Below are positions 38,101-50,150 of a stretch of DNA of 64,000 nucleotides, piece by piece. Every line of letters begins with the position of its first letter. Position 1 is the stretch's first letter. The stretch spans positions 248,001 to 312,000 of the forward strand of contig JAQGDQ010000245.1 of assembly GCA_030141605.1 (NCBI GenBank), written 5' to 3'. A model generated the notes under the pieces. It did no database searches. It was given only the letters and a program-made list of their open reading frames with translations, and was not told the DNA's origin. The translations under genes were made by a program, and so were the position numbers. This DNA is from Tubiluchus corallicola (lineage: Eukaryota; Animalia; Priapulida).

Positions 38101-39690
38101 TGTACCTACAGATTAGGATAACCTAGTAAACTTAAATTACAGTATTGTACTGTAAATACTAGCATCTGTTTATAAATTAGTTTGATAACACTGTAACGTC
38201 ATTTTAATCATAAACTGTCCAAAGACAGAAGGACTAGGGACATATTTATAAATTGACTAATTAGGCGGAAAGGTAATTTCATAACCTGCTTAGATTTAAT
38301 AGCAAAGCTTGATCCATTTATGACCACTTACAATGCTGGGAAGGGTGCTATCCCATTGCTAATGATAAGTATAATCTGCTAATTAAGTTTTATAGTGACT
38401 TATAAGAGCTAATATACTATAGCAGGTTTTGAATTACATTGTAGACAGAAAAAAATTAATATTAGCAATGTAGGATGTTCATGCAGTTCTGATAAATATC
38501 TAACTGAAAGCGTGTAAACAATCTCCAGATTATACTTCGAATACCAGTAATTATAATACACTACAAGCAGTTACTGTGTCTCCTTTTATATAAGCACAAT
38601 ATATATATATATATATATATATGTAAGTATAGTAACCATGTCTTTTCACAGTTTCGTTGTGCGCACGTGCAGTTGCTAAATACTACAGCAGAGTGTCTTA
38701 ACTACACGTCATGTGATATGTAGGTAAAGTAAAGCTGTCTGCTGCGTGAGTTGTCTTACATGTACTTTACTTAATTATACATTAGTCTGTACATAGTGTG
38801 ACTTACTTGCAGGATCTTGCTTGGAACTAAGTAAGGATCTAGGTAGCTGTTAAAACTGTTGCTATTACAATAGAATGGGCTACGAGGTAGTGCCAAGTGT
38901 ACACAAATGCGTTGTCTGATACACTTAACAGTTGATCTTTTCACGATCATCATCAATTGCTGGAACTGCGAAAAGGCTTATTTGCACAATTATTAATAAG
39001 CGAAAGATAATGCACCACAAATAATTGTACACTCTGCTTGAATATAAGCACTATGCAAGTGCGTTTAAATGGCCATTAATAGTGCTGGTAATAAACCACA
39101 AGCAATTATACACTAAGTCTCATAAATAACCAGGACTGGGCAGTACTATTCTTCAGCCTAGGCCATCATAATGTCTTAATATGCCGGAGAAAATACTACA
39201 TCGTATTTATGTCAGTTTAATGGTAACTTCGTTAATTATATAATTACAAATGAAGTACACAACTAATTCTTATGACACAAGCAGAAATCGGCTGAAATAC
39301 TCGGTCACAAAAACATATAATCACAGTTTTTTTCTTTATTAGATCTCCTACAACTTCACTTTGTAACTGAAACTTTGGGCTGCTTAGTTTATAAATATAA
39401 ATTCTAGGACAAAAACATCATTTAAAGGTACACAAAACGTGGCTGACTTGGCAATCATTGGTCTTATCGTCACCCCATCTGCGTTTGTACGTTATTATTA
39501 TTTTGTTCTTATTTGTTTTTGCACTGAAGGTGGCTAATAATAAATATTCTATTCTATTAGCAAATTTAGTATTTCTTGTCAACGGATGGCACTACATTAT
39601 AAGTATCAGCATAGCAAAGAAAGATTTTTTGAGCTATAAATAAGTGCAAAAGTGACAATGGAGAACTCACCAAGCAGTTCTCCCACACAT
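32112..39690 (-). CDS. HMCES: HMCES / SRAP-domain abasic-site processing protein, ~311 aa
   Basis: Exons 39671-39690 (MCGRTAC with catalytic Cys2), 37933-38076, 36953-37171, 36349-36532, 34176-34319, 32413-32525, 32112-32223 (sum 936 nt). Motifs: PSYNISP, MRWALVPSW, NCRSE, RCVVVADGFYEW, AGIF, HHRIP, VSTIVNNSRN. Confidence 0.95.
32753..32956. repeat. Fold-back inverted repeat (~66-bp arms plus inner stem), probable MITE
   Basis: agtaatttgcagcaaattttg...ctagcttgaacatgcagtatggcaaatctgcaa pairs with ttgcagatttgtcatactgcatgttcaggctag...aaaatttgctgcgagttact. Confidence 0.9.
34586..35263. mobile_element. Tigger/pogo-like MITE
   Basis: TA|cagtaagttctcgtttaacg ... cgttaagcgaagacttactg|TA, 17/20 TIR match. 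Confidence 0.8.
35880..36090 (+). mobile_element. Degraded LINE ORF2 linker fragment
   Basis: KETIWHVIKSL..NEVIAGDKRVTDSKQK resembles the endonuclease-RT linker of CR1/L2 elements; contains in-frame stops. Confidence 0.3.
37230..37375 (+). mobile_element. Degraded LINE RT N-terminal fragment
   Basis: LKFSIITLLYKNKGNDRTASN*SP resembles the WK.A.I.PLYK.KG....NYRPI motif. Confidence 0.45.
38599..38622. repeat. (AT)n microsatellite
   Basis: About 12 AT units. Confidence 0.9.
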
Positions 39691-41545
39691 TTCGTTCCCA
39701 GCTAGGCCATAAGTGCAGCAACAGCAGTAGCTTTATTACAGTCCAGACAGTTGAATATGGCAGCAAAGTTTGTTTGTTGTCAACTCAAACCTAAAGTAGG
39801 CCACAGACTGTAGCATAAATTAGAATTAGGATTGGCACCCCAACACAAACTGAACTCAGAAGTCAAGAACTAGCCTGATGGGCTGTAAGCTCCCCCAGGA
39901 CAGAGACCCGGAAACCAAGCATTGCCTGCATTTTAGATGTTTCACGAGGTCTTTCTCAGAAACTACAATCAAGAAATTCAAACTACGAAGTAGTACAAAT
40001 TCTTGATTTTGATTCCAAAAAGCCTTAAAAGTCTAAAACTTTAAAGCTAAATTATAAAGATAAAGCAGAAGAATACTTGCTTTGCAGCATTTGCCATCAT
40101 ACAGCAAAAATTGATGCAAAATGTAGATGGAGTGAAATGATGAAGCCATGCAACCGATTATAAACTTAATTTAATAAGTTTACTGTTACCTTAATTAACA
40201 GAGACTCAGTGGTTTTTTGCATAATCTTTTAAAAGTTTTATTAGCATGCAAGTTGTATTTCCACTTTTTTCCACTTAATTTCAATGTGATGGTCGAAATC
40301 AGGAGATTTAAGAATTTTTCAAAAACCGACTGAAACACAAATCTATAGCCACAAAGCCACCTTGCTGAATAAATTATATATTTAAGAGTTAAAATCGTGA
40401 TACTTACATTATTGGTTTCACTGAAATTTACAGCTTTGGTAGACAGATATACATTTTTTATGTTTACGGTTCAGTAACAGAAGCTGTATATTAATCTATA
40501 TTTGTGCATCTGATTTTGATACTGGTTCTGATTCAATATTTACTGCCAGATTGTGCCAGCAAGAATAGTGCCACAAGGCACATGTAGCTTATAATTAATT
40601 TCTTAATGCTCAACTGAAAACATTGGTATTTCATTTCAATATTTTCACTTTGGGATTTTAGGACATTTTGATAAAGCAAATGATAAAACACCACTGAAGT
40701 TGAGAGAATCCACCTGCTGGTTACAGAGTTTGTTCTGACCTTCTTTCATTTTGTAAATGGTAGACCCATAGTGAAATTGGGGAATGAAAATGAAGAAGAT
40801 GTACTAGAATTTGCAAGTTCTGGAACCGTGTCAAGTCTAAGATAAAGATAGCTCCATGTGCCTGTTAATTACATCCTCACAGAAGAAAAGGACTACGAGC
40901 CAGGAAGTAAATGTGCCACATGAAATTGCTTGTAATCATCTGATTGTAGTAGGCCTACTGAGCCACCTGACTCTATTAGTGAGTCACATGATGTCCTGAA
41001 TGTTGTAGCGGGTGTAGTAATGTGTTTCCTGATTTGTTCGTTCTTCCAAGAACAAAAAAAATCGCAAATCAAATTAGGAAATTTCAGAAAAAGCTGGCTA
41101 CAAGAGAAAAAACCATCGAAGATATATCAGCGAATTGAATGACTATAAAAAATTTATGAACTATTTTACAACAATGGCTAATTACAATTTCTTGTTGTAG
41201 CTATTTAATTCATTCATTCCAGTGTGTAATGTTTTCAAATCAGTAATTTCAAGTTTTCATGGACAATATTGGATGTAAGGAAACGGGAAGGGTAAAGCAT
41301 GGTGTTGAGAGCCAGACTGGAGGAGTGTAGAAGTGGGAGGGTATACATAAAACACCCGTTTAAAAAGTTCCACAATTTCGTACCAGAAGAAAAGGTACCA
41401 CCAGTGACATGTAGGATATTCCAGAATGAGTAATAGAGTACAAAATCCATAAAAGCAAAATTCATTGTTATTAAAACACAGGCAACAGGGTTCTGGTTAA
41501 TTTTTACGTTATCTGTGTAAAAGCATTCAGAAATAAATAAGTATA

Positions 41546-42169
41546 CCGTATCTACATGTGTACAAGTCGATGTGCACTTTAAGACCAAAAATTGCGTCAT
41601 TTTATATATTACCTGTGTACAATAAAATATTAAGGTCTTCCACAGTAAATGATGTCAACGATGGCCAAGTAATAAATCAATAGCCTACTGTGTTAGTGTG
41701 TAAGGTATGTGCAAGTGCCTGGGCCGAGTATATTATACCTACCCGATGTATATATATATGTATATATATTCATGTTGAGGGCCCTCAATGCAATCCATGA
41801 TAATGCAGCCTGGCCTTTCATCACGCATAATTGTTTGTAATGCCTTTAACCCTACGATATTGCCCTAATTTATTTAACAGTAACATATAAATTTTAACTT
41901 AATTTCACATACATTGAAATAAATTACAGTAATATTTGTTAATTTTGTGAAGTAATGTCAAGATGCGAACATTCTCCGATGTGAAGTATCACAGTATGAG
42001 TGTTCATTCAGTCCAGCGTATAATGAAGGATTATTTCTTTACATATTCGTATTGCAGACGACTCTTTAGCGACATCTCCCAAAAACATATCGTAAGTATA
42101 AGTCGACCCCAAAAAATTTCACCTTAAAATCGCCTCCCAAAAATTCGACTTGTACATAAGTATATACGG
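41546..42169. mobile_element. Tc1/mariner-pogo-type MITE
   Basis: TA|ccgtatctacatgtgtacaagtcga ... tcgacttgtacataagtatatacgg|TA, ~22/25 TIR match. Confidence 0.85.
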
Positions 42170-42299
42170 TAATAAGCACTCGTAAAAATTCCACTACAAA
42201 TGAAGTTTATTTCTCTAAAAAATAGCAATGTTAAACAAAGCTGTGCGATAATATATTTCCTTTTGCACCATTTAAAAGACTTCCTGGAATCCTGGTTGA

Positions 42300-42770
42300 C
42301 ATATTTTGATTTTAAAGCTGCACTGGCAGCCATTTTGAAACATAATAACTTTGAATGACCTCGAAACATTTTCCGATAGATCGCATATGCTATTATATCT
42401 GCTGGTAATACATTTCTGCTATCTTAAATGCTACTTAGTGAAGTTATTTTGACTTTAAAGTTGATTTAGTTGCCATTTTAAAACAAAAAAAGACTTTTAA
42501 TGACCTTGAAAATTTTTCTGATAGATCATATGCTATTACATCAACTGCAAATACATTTATGTTGTCTAAAGTGTTAACTAATTGAGTTATTTTGATTTTA
42601 AAGCTGCATCAGTGTGACCATTTTGAATTTAAAATCTATTACTTTTTACCCCAAAATGGATTTTCGGGGATTTTGAAAATGCATGGTATTTTGGACGACT
42701 TTGTGTGTCAGTGCAAAAATTTAGCTTTACATTATTTTTGTCTGGGTAACACTTTATTTTGACCAGACTA
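42300..42770. mobile_element. Transposon end with ~143-bp subterminal tandem repeats (Academ-like terminus)
   Basis: tattttga(t/c)tttaaag..g...ccatttt recurs at ~42302, ~42446 and ~42588. The region ends in ...ttttgaccagacta (reverse TAGTCTGG). Family is inferred. Confidence 0.5.
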
Positions 42771-43017
42771 GATGGTAAACATTAGGACCTTTCCTTCGTT
42801 ACATTTGCACATGTAAGTAGTTTGGCTTATAGGATGGTAGCGGCCTAACATGCAGTAATAACGTTTAATTAATATTAAAACGACAAAGACAGTCGATGGA
42901 CCTGACTAAAAAATAAACGTATGTTCTCTTTTTCAAACTCGGCCCTTTGATATGTAGGTTGGATAGAAATTCAAACATTTTCAAGATGCAGAACGTAATC
43001 CAGCGTACAGTGTAAAA

Positions 43018-44888
43018 TCAAGTTACCAAACTACATTTCTCATCACACTTGATTGGTGATTTTGCTTCAATCCTCACTAACAGATGCGTATAAAGCGGCA
43101 CTTTGGAAAGTGACACCACAGTATAATTTAGACTATTAAGGCCATCGGTTTTTAACCTGGCCATTGAGGTTTTAAATAAACCTCTTTTGAGACCAGAGGG
43201 TGGTCTTTTTATGTGTTTTAGCATATGATACCGTCCTACTTCTTTGGATGGCAGTTGAACTCGAAGCTTCGAGCGCTTTATTCTTAATTCCATATCATCA
43301 TCTTCTCCACCCCACCCCCAAAATTCATTTGAGTAACCATTCACTAGTTCGACGTGCTGTTTTTTAAGTGCTAAAACACCGCCTACCAAGGCGCGATAGC
43401 CAGCCTTATAAGTGCCAGTCCTGTTAATAACATAGGACATGTGGTAAGGTTGCTCCACACATTTGTATATGTTCTTATCATTCTCAGGAATAAGATCAAC
43501 ATCATGAAATATCACACATTCAAATTGACCAAGCTTTTTAGCTTCAAGAAATGCAGCATTCATTATGACGCCTTTGTTGAATGTTTCGTTACCCTCTTGT
43601 TCTGCGACAACAATACGATAGCTCCTTTGCTGTTTTTGTAGTAGTGGATGTAGATTTGCGAGCAGAGCGAACAGATGTTGCTCTCTGTCTCTATATGGAA
43701 TAATGATTAAAACAGTCTGTTGTGCAGTGCAGTTAGGCGGATGGTAAACACCCCCTTTTAGTTGCTCCAAAGTATGTAGCTTTTCACGGACCAAGTCTTC
43801 CTTAATGACAGGTTTAAATGCTCCCATAAGTCCCGGCGGCTGCTTAGGGCATGGTAGCTGCTTTGTATGCAAATTTTCACCAGAGCCTCTTTGGGAATCA
43901 TTAATTCTGAAAAAGGCCAGGCTGTTATTACATTACTGCAGATATAGTAGGTTAGGCCTACATTACTAATTTAAAACTTGATATTTTTATAAATAGTAAC
44001 ATCAGCAACAATAGCAAGAGAGAGATGTGTTATGCAGAAACCATATGTGGTGCATTAACAAAATATGTGCAGTCTTGACTTTCATTACCTGTCACTAAAG
44101 TGATCTCCTTTATCAGGTGTGCACAATTTTACGTATACAATGCCACCCCTGTGCTTAGTCTTTTGCTGTAGTTTAAACAGAGTTTTTTGTATTTGCATTA
44201 TGCTAGCAGATAATGTAATCTCTGGTTTAAATCACATGTGATATATTTTTGGTTTTGGATGGGCAAAGAAATTTGAGTATACCGATATATTGGCACTGAG
44301 GCAAAGGTTAACAAAAAGAGATTAAAATGATTAAATTTGTACTATAAAAGTTGCTACTTTATGACAGTGATGACACTGCACATAGTGCATGTATACAGAC
44401 ACTGCATGTACCTACCATCTGTAAAAACCGAATGAAATTTCCTAAGTAAAATATTTACAATTCGGTTTGCTCTTTACCATTTACAAAACAAACTCACATA
44501 GACAATTCTAATAGCATTGAAATGGTTTATAGATAGGAACAAGATGATCTGCTTTATAAACTTTGACACAGTCACATATAATACTGCAAAACAGCCTACA
44601 GAAACAGTAAAAAACCTAATGCAGTCAAATGACAAATGCACCTAGCTAATTGACATTTGCAATTTACTTTTTTTTCACTATTATGAAATAAGATGAAAGT
44701 AATAAAAAACAAACTTACGCTAACACTATCCGGTCTTTCTTAATGTAAGAGTAAGCAGGAACCAAACTTTGTGAGCTATAATTAAATTTGCTAATCATAC
44801 TGAATAAAAGCCAGGAGCATGTGACAAGCAAAAATGTTTTTGTAACCCGGTCTAGGCTTGTCAAACTACACAAAGAGTCCACATACAT
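43018..44888 (-). CDS. GT7-family beta-1,4-galactosyl/N-acetylgalactosaminyl-transferase (bre-4-like), ~352 aa
   Basis: Exon 1, 44719-44888, encodes a type II anchor (FLLVTCSWLLFSMI). Exon 2, 43018-43906, encodes IIIPYRDR, FNKG, FHDVD (DxD), GGV, NGYSN, WGWGGEDDDM and MLKH. Phase-2 GT-AG junction. Confidence 0.93.
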
Positions 44889-46207
44889 CGTCCTGCGGGC
44901 TTACTACCAAGGAAGTCTACCTATAGACTAAAGTTGGTAAACACTGGGCCTAAGTGAAAATACATGTTCAGCATGTGTAAAGCAACATACGTTTCTTTAC
45001 ACCGGCCTTTTATGACCTTTAGACTGTAGCACTCCTACACACGATTATCACGTTAAAATTTTCAAAGTGACTAGAGGTACAGTTTCAGATTTGAACTTTT
45101 TTTGCATTAAAGCTCCGACACCAGAACTTTCACCTTTGAAGGTGCAGTGCGCGGCGCGCATCAGAGATGTTGCTGCTCGATTTTCGAATGTCTTCCCTGT
45201 ACTACGGGAATCTAAATGTTGATATTCCAGCATTCCTTTCGGAATATTATTGCAACACGCACGTGTGGTACCAAAATAACACTATCTAGTGTATCTTTAT
45301 ATGATTGCTGTCCAATGTCAGATCAAACTCTTGTATTGCTGTTCTAAATTTCACTGCATCCGAGGTTTGCACAATGGTGTGCTGTAAAAATGACCCAGGA
45401 AAAAAGGGCACAGGAATAACAGCACAAATGGAAAGTATGAAAAAATGGCACACAGGTTATTTTGATGCAATTGATTTCTATAGTAAAAGTGGAATGCGCT
45501 CGTTAGGAAGCCAAAACCCAATAATCATAAACTTATTCGCCTGATTCTTTTGATTAAAAAAAATTAACACAAAGATAAACAAACAAACATACAAACATGT
45601 ATGTGTGCTGATATTACATAGACTAGCAAAAGACTCACAAAATATTTTTTCATCAAATAGATGCGCAAATGTTCCACAAAGTGCTTATCTACCCTTTAAC
45701 AACTAATTTTGGCGATGGTAAAAGACTGACAAACATATACGTACCAAATCACCTTATAAGGCCCTACACATTAATAAGCAAAAGTTATAGATAGTGTTAT
45801 ACAGTTTTACAAGCATGAATTTCTTGAAGTGCAAGTGGAACTAGCTCGTAGTTGTTTGACAAGGAGAAAATAACAAAAAAGAAGTACTAATTATTGTCTC
45901 TGAGACCTGCACGAAGTGCTTCACGAATGTTTTTCTTTTCTACATGGTTTTCGGTCAAGTTTTGTAAAAAAAGAACTGGCGAAAAGATTCTCATTTTGGC
46001 ACCCTATAATCGCTATCATTTTTCACAAAGTTTCATGAAAATTTGTTAGGTAGTATTTGTTTGATAGGCTTACTGCCATAACAGGCCAAAAAAACAACAA
46101 AACAAACAAACAAACTGTGTTGAAACAACTTTCTTTTTAGAGGTAAAAATAACTAAAATAATTATCCTCCACTGTAATCCTACCCCTAAATACATATTCT
46201 ACTAAAC

Positions 46208-46280
46208 GTGCCATTTTTTCCTGTGGCATTTTTACCTGTGCCGTTTTAAGCTACTTTTCCATTTGTGCCATTTTTTCCTT
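46208..46280. repeat. Short ~15-bp tandem repeats (tgtgccattttttcc)
   Basis: Four degenerate copies, resembling transposon subterminal repeats. Confidence 0.6.
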
Positions 46281-46477
46281 AACCAGTTCTTTCGCCACCC
46301 ATTCACCAATCAATTATGTTATAATTTTATTTTCCTACATAAGTCATCACTAACTCTTGTACTTTTATTATTATGCGTCTTGTGTTTTGTAAAAGGTGGT
46401 AAAAAATTAAATTACTTACTTTCCTCTTTGTCCCTCATATTTGAGCCAGAAAATGTTCCCCGATTCATAACATAGAC

Positions 46478-46660
46478 TACTACATGATTTACGTGGGAGC
46501 ACAACTCTAAATTATCTGTACAATACTCTCCCACTAATATCAGAACCAACTTCTACTCTCATGTTATGTGTCCTTGAAATTCACATAATAGTGTAATTGT
46601 TGAAGCGTCAAATCTGGCTCAATTTCGAAAATTGTTGAGGAGAGACCTAATCGTTAAAAA
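46478..46660 (+). mobile_element. Degraded CR1/L2 3' fragment
   Basis: Remnant HDLRG..KLSVQYSPTNIRTNFYS...IVEASNLAQFRKLL. Confidence 0.4.
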
Positions 46661-47004
46661 TTGTTTTATAGTTAGGTATCTTATGGCTAGGTTTACCTAG
46701 GCTAGTATCAAGAATGAGTATGTGTTTTCTAACTGCGGAAAAAATCAATAGGAATAGCTGCAGAAAAAGAATAACGTATATGCAGGCTGCAAAAATGGGT
46801 ACATTGAAAACAATGTAAACTGATTTTATTTATTCTGCACCCCCACAACACATAAGCAGTTTGTAAGGTTTGTTTAGATTTTGCAAGCAAGTTTGTGACA
46901 CCAGAATATTCGACACGGCACTGTACCTAAAGAAATTACCAGGTCCGGTGCCGGACCTATAGACACGTTTTTCGCTTCTGATCCCTACACGTCAGGATCA
47001 TAAA

Positions 47005-47667
47005 CTCATTAAAAACCAATCAAGCTATATAAATCAATGGTTCGTCCTTTATTGGATTATGGTGATGTGATTTGGAGTCCAAATCGTCAAGATATGATAA
47101 GGAAAATTGAAAGTACACAACATCGAGCTACTAAACTTGTACCTGCTATTTCTCATTTACCATATGTTGCAAGACTTAAGATTCTGGGCCTTACACCTCT
47201 GAAGTACAGACACAAAAGACAAGATTTAATCCAAACATTTCGTATCCTTAAAGGTATAGAAACCATCAACAGCGAAATATTTTTCCGTCGACAGACATAT
47301 CATGGTACCAGAGGTCACTCCTACAAAATCAAAAAGAGAACAGTTCCCCAAAGGTGGAGTAGGAGGAGATTCACATTTGCAAGGCGAGTAATTAATGAGT
47401 GGAACGCGCTGCCTGACACTGTAGTTCAAGCCTCCAATCCTGCCCAGTTTAAGTCTCGTCTCGATAGACACTGGAAATGCAATCCTGAAAAATATATAGA
47501 CCCCAGGTTGCTACAATGGCAACAAGAAACCTCGTGCTACGCTTCATGATTGCAGTGTGGCCACCTATTTTGTTCACTTTTTATATTAATAAAGTAAACA
47601 AGGAAGAGTGGAGAGGTCCATAAGCTATTTATGCTTAACCCCTATCCTTCGACGGTAACCGGTAACT
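47005..47667 (+). mobile_element. CR1-clade LINE 3' end, 5'-truncated, ORF tail intact
   Basis: LYKSMVRPLLDYGDVIWSP...IESTQHRATKLVP...RGHSYK...RVINEWNALP...FKSRLD, then a 3' UTR ending in a (ggtaac)2 tail. Confidence 0.92.
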
Positions 47668-49127
47668 TAAGTGAGTTCGTGAGGTACACTTTAAATTCCA
47701 GTTTTGACATTGTACACGAATTTTGATAAAAGACTAATGCTGATTGAGAATCGCAGTATACTAACTAGTAGATTACTTCAGCTGTGCTAATAATCGCATA
47801 ATTCATAAGCTTGTGATAATAATAACATTACGACTCTAGATCATTTTGAGAGTCCGGGCGCACCGATAGAAACTTTTAAGAAATGTATTTCAAACTTGTT
47901 TTATTGCCAACGTCTATAATAATGTAACTAAATAATGACATTAATTTTCAATGTGTTTATGATAGTATTATTACAATATGCAACAATTAGCAATTATTAA
48001 TGCAAAAATGTTAACTAAATTCCGTTGCAGACCTGACGTACAACAACTATTAAAAACTGTACAGTGACTGCTCCACTTATAATATCATGCATGTGTACGT
48101 GATCCGCTTAATGGAATTGAAATTTATTATTCTCCATCAGATTACAAAATATACAATAACAACTTAACCAGATCCAGTCTAAAGTACTATGTGAATACAC
48201 AGTGATGAGTGATGTTACTTAATGACTGTACCGCTCACACACTACACCGTCACCACAGTCTTAAATGCATCATAATTATGTAAAATATCTATGATTTATT
48301 TAATGTTGGTTACTTAGATCTGTGTAATCCCCATTTCCTAACACTAATAGAACGCAATTGTTATGCTAAGGAGAATGCATGAACAAATCTATGCAGTATA
48401 GCAGAAATAAGGCGAGGGAAAGCTAACGCATATTTACTAAACAAAATGAATTAACTATCTGTTTTCTTTGCATGGTAATTGCTAGCCAGGATGTAAAAAC
48501 AAACAGCAAAATTTTGACAAAATTACTACAGGTATTTTTTATAGGTTATTTTTTATAAAAATACATTTTATATTAACAAAAAATTTTTATTACCAAAAGT
48601 ATTATTCAAAACAGTCCAGATTATGTCAGTAATATGATCGGATTCCAGACAATTAGCAACACAGACTTTTAAGCAATATTAGCTACATAACATTACTCAA
48701 TTTGCAAAAATAATATTATGGGAGTTTAAACCTGATGCATACAAATTGACAATAGCTATACAAATTGACTAAATTGCTATAGCTATACAGTATAGGTGCA
48801 AGATGCTAACAGGTAGTTTCACACTAAAAAAACATGGTAATCACGTCAAGAAACTTTAACATAACATGAATGAAGGGAATTAGAAAAATGACAAGGAAAC
48901 AAAAACTACACATAACTTCTTGATGTAAATACTAAAAACTCATCTTGAGGAAGTACCACATCCAGTTAGCAAACTTTGGCTTAAATGATCAGACGATCTG
49001 CACTTCATTAAGGAATGCAAAATGGCACAGAAAAGCATCAAAGACTAACATTCCACAGAGAGCAAAACAAATGACTTCTAAAACACAAGACATAAGATGG
49101 ACCGAGATATTTTTTCACATGAGAGTA

Positions 49128-49181
49128 GGTAAGAAGTCAAGCTACAAAAGAACAGACAAGAAGTCAAGCTACAAAAGAACA
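49128..49181. repeat. 28-bp tandem duplication
   Basis: aagaagtcaagctacaaaagaaca occurs twice. Confidence 0.85.
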
Positions 49182-49300
49182 TGTTAAAGCTGAATTCATT
49201 TCAAATAAAGCACCTAGTGTATTTATATTGTATGAAGGTAAATCAAATTGTATGTAAGCAAAACTGCAATTATAATATTAAATCTTTCAAAATTACATTA

Positions 49301-49965
49301 GTGTGCTTGCATACCAAAACCATCCATGAGTCGGCATAGTTAAAACTGCGTTATGATGTTTCAAAGTAGAATGATCGAAAAATTTGGTCAAATGTCGATT
49401 TTTCGTGTTTTGTAAAAACCAACGCTAAATATATTAGACTTTTATATTCTAGCATCAAATCATCACAGAAATGTTTGAAAAACACTAAAAATTTAATTTT
49501 ATAACTCTTTACTCACTTTTCTGTCTATAAACTAGTAATGCAATTGTAAAAAACTCCTATTTTCAAATTCCGATTGTGGCTCATGGAGGTTGTCATTTTG
49601 CTTCGGATTTTTTCTGTTGCTAAACCCAGATCTTCGTCAGGAAGAGCCATCTACTGGATTGAAACGTAACTTTAAAGTGCTTTTGCGAAGTCTGTAGCAA
49701 CCAAAGTTTGCACGGTTGCTAAGTGTTTTCTAGAGACGCGACAAAAAAAAAACAATGGCTGACTTCAACAGCGATTTTCTCAAGACTACGTTTTTCAGTG
49801 CATAGCCTGCATTTGAACTTCAATGTGGATTATCTCAGCTTAGAAATAACATAGAGCGATGAACTTGGTATCAAAATGATCCTTGTGAAATGGAGGTTCA
49901 AGATATGTGAATAACTAGAAAAACTTAATTGCCGACTTATGGACGATTTTGCTATGCAAGCACAC
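49301..49965. mobile_element. Non-autonomous DNA transposon, ~36-bp TIRs, candidate 4-bp TSD (atta)
   Basis: atta|gtgtgcttgcataccaaaaccatccatgagtcggca ... tgccgacttatggacgattttgctatgcaagcacac|atta. Confidence 0.85.
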
Positions 49966-50150
49966 ATTAAGATGAGCATTATGCAATTAGCTATTTTTGT
50001 ATTTTGAGCTATTTACCATAAAAATATTAGCCACAAAAAGAACTATTAAGAAATGTAACAAAATATCTGTACAAAATCATGATTGAAACAAAAACTATGC
50101 ATTCTCTTACAGATATATAAAATTGTGCAAAAAAACAATATAATTATGTG

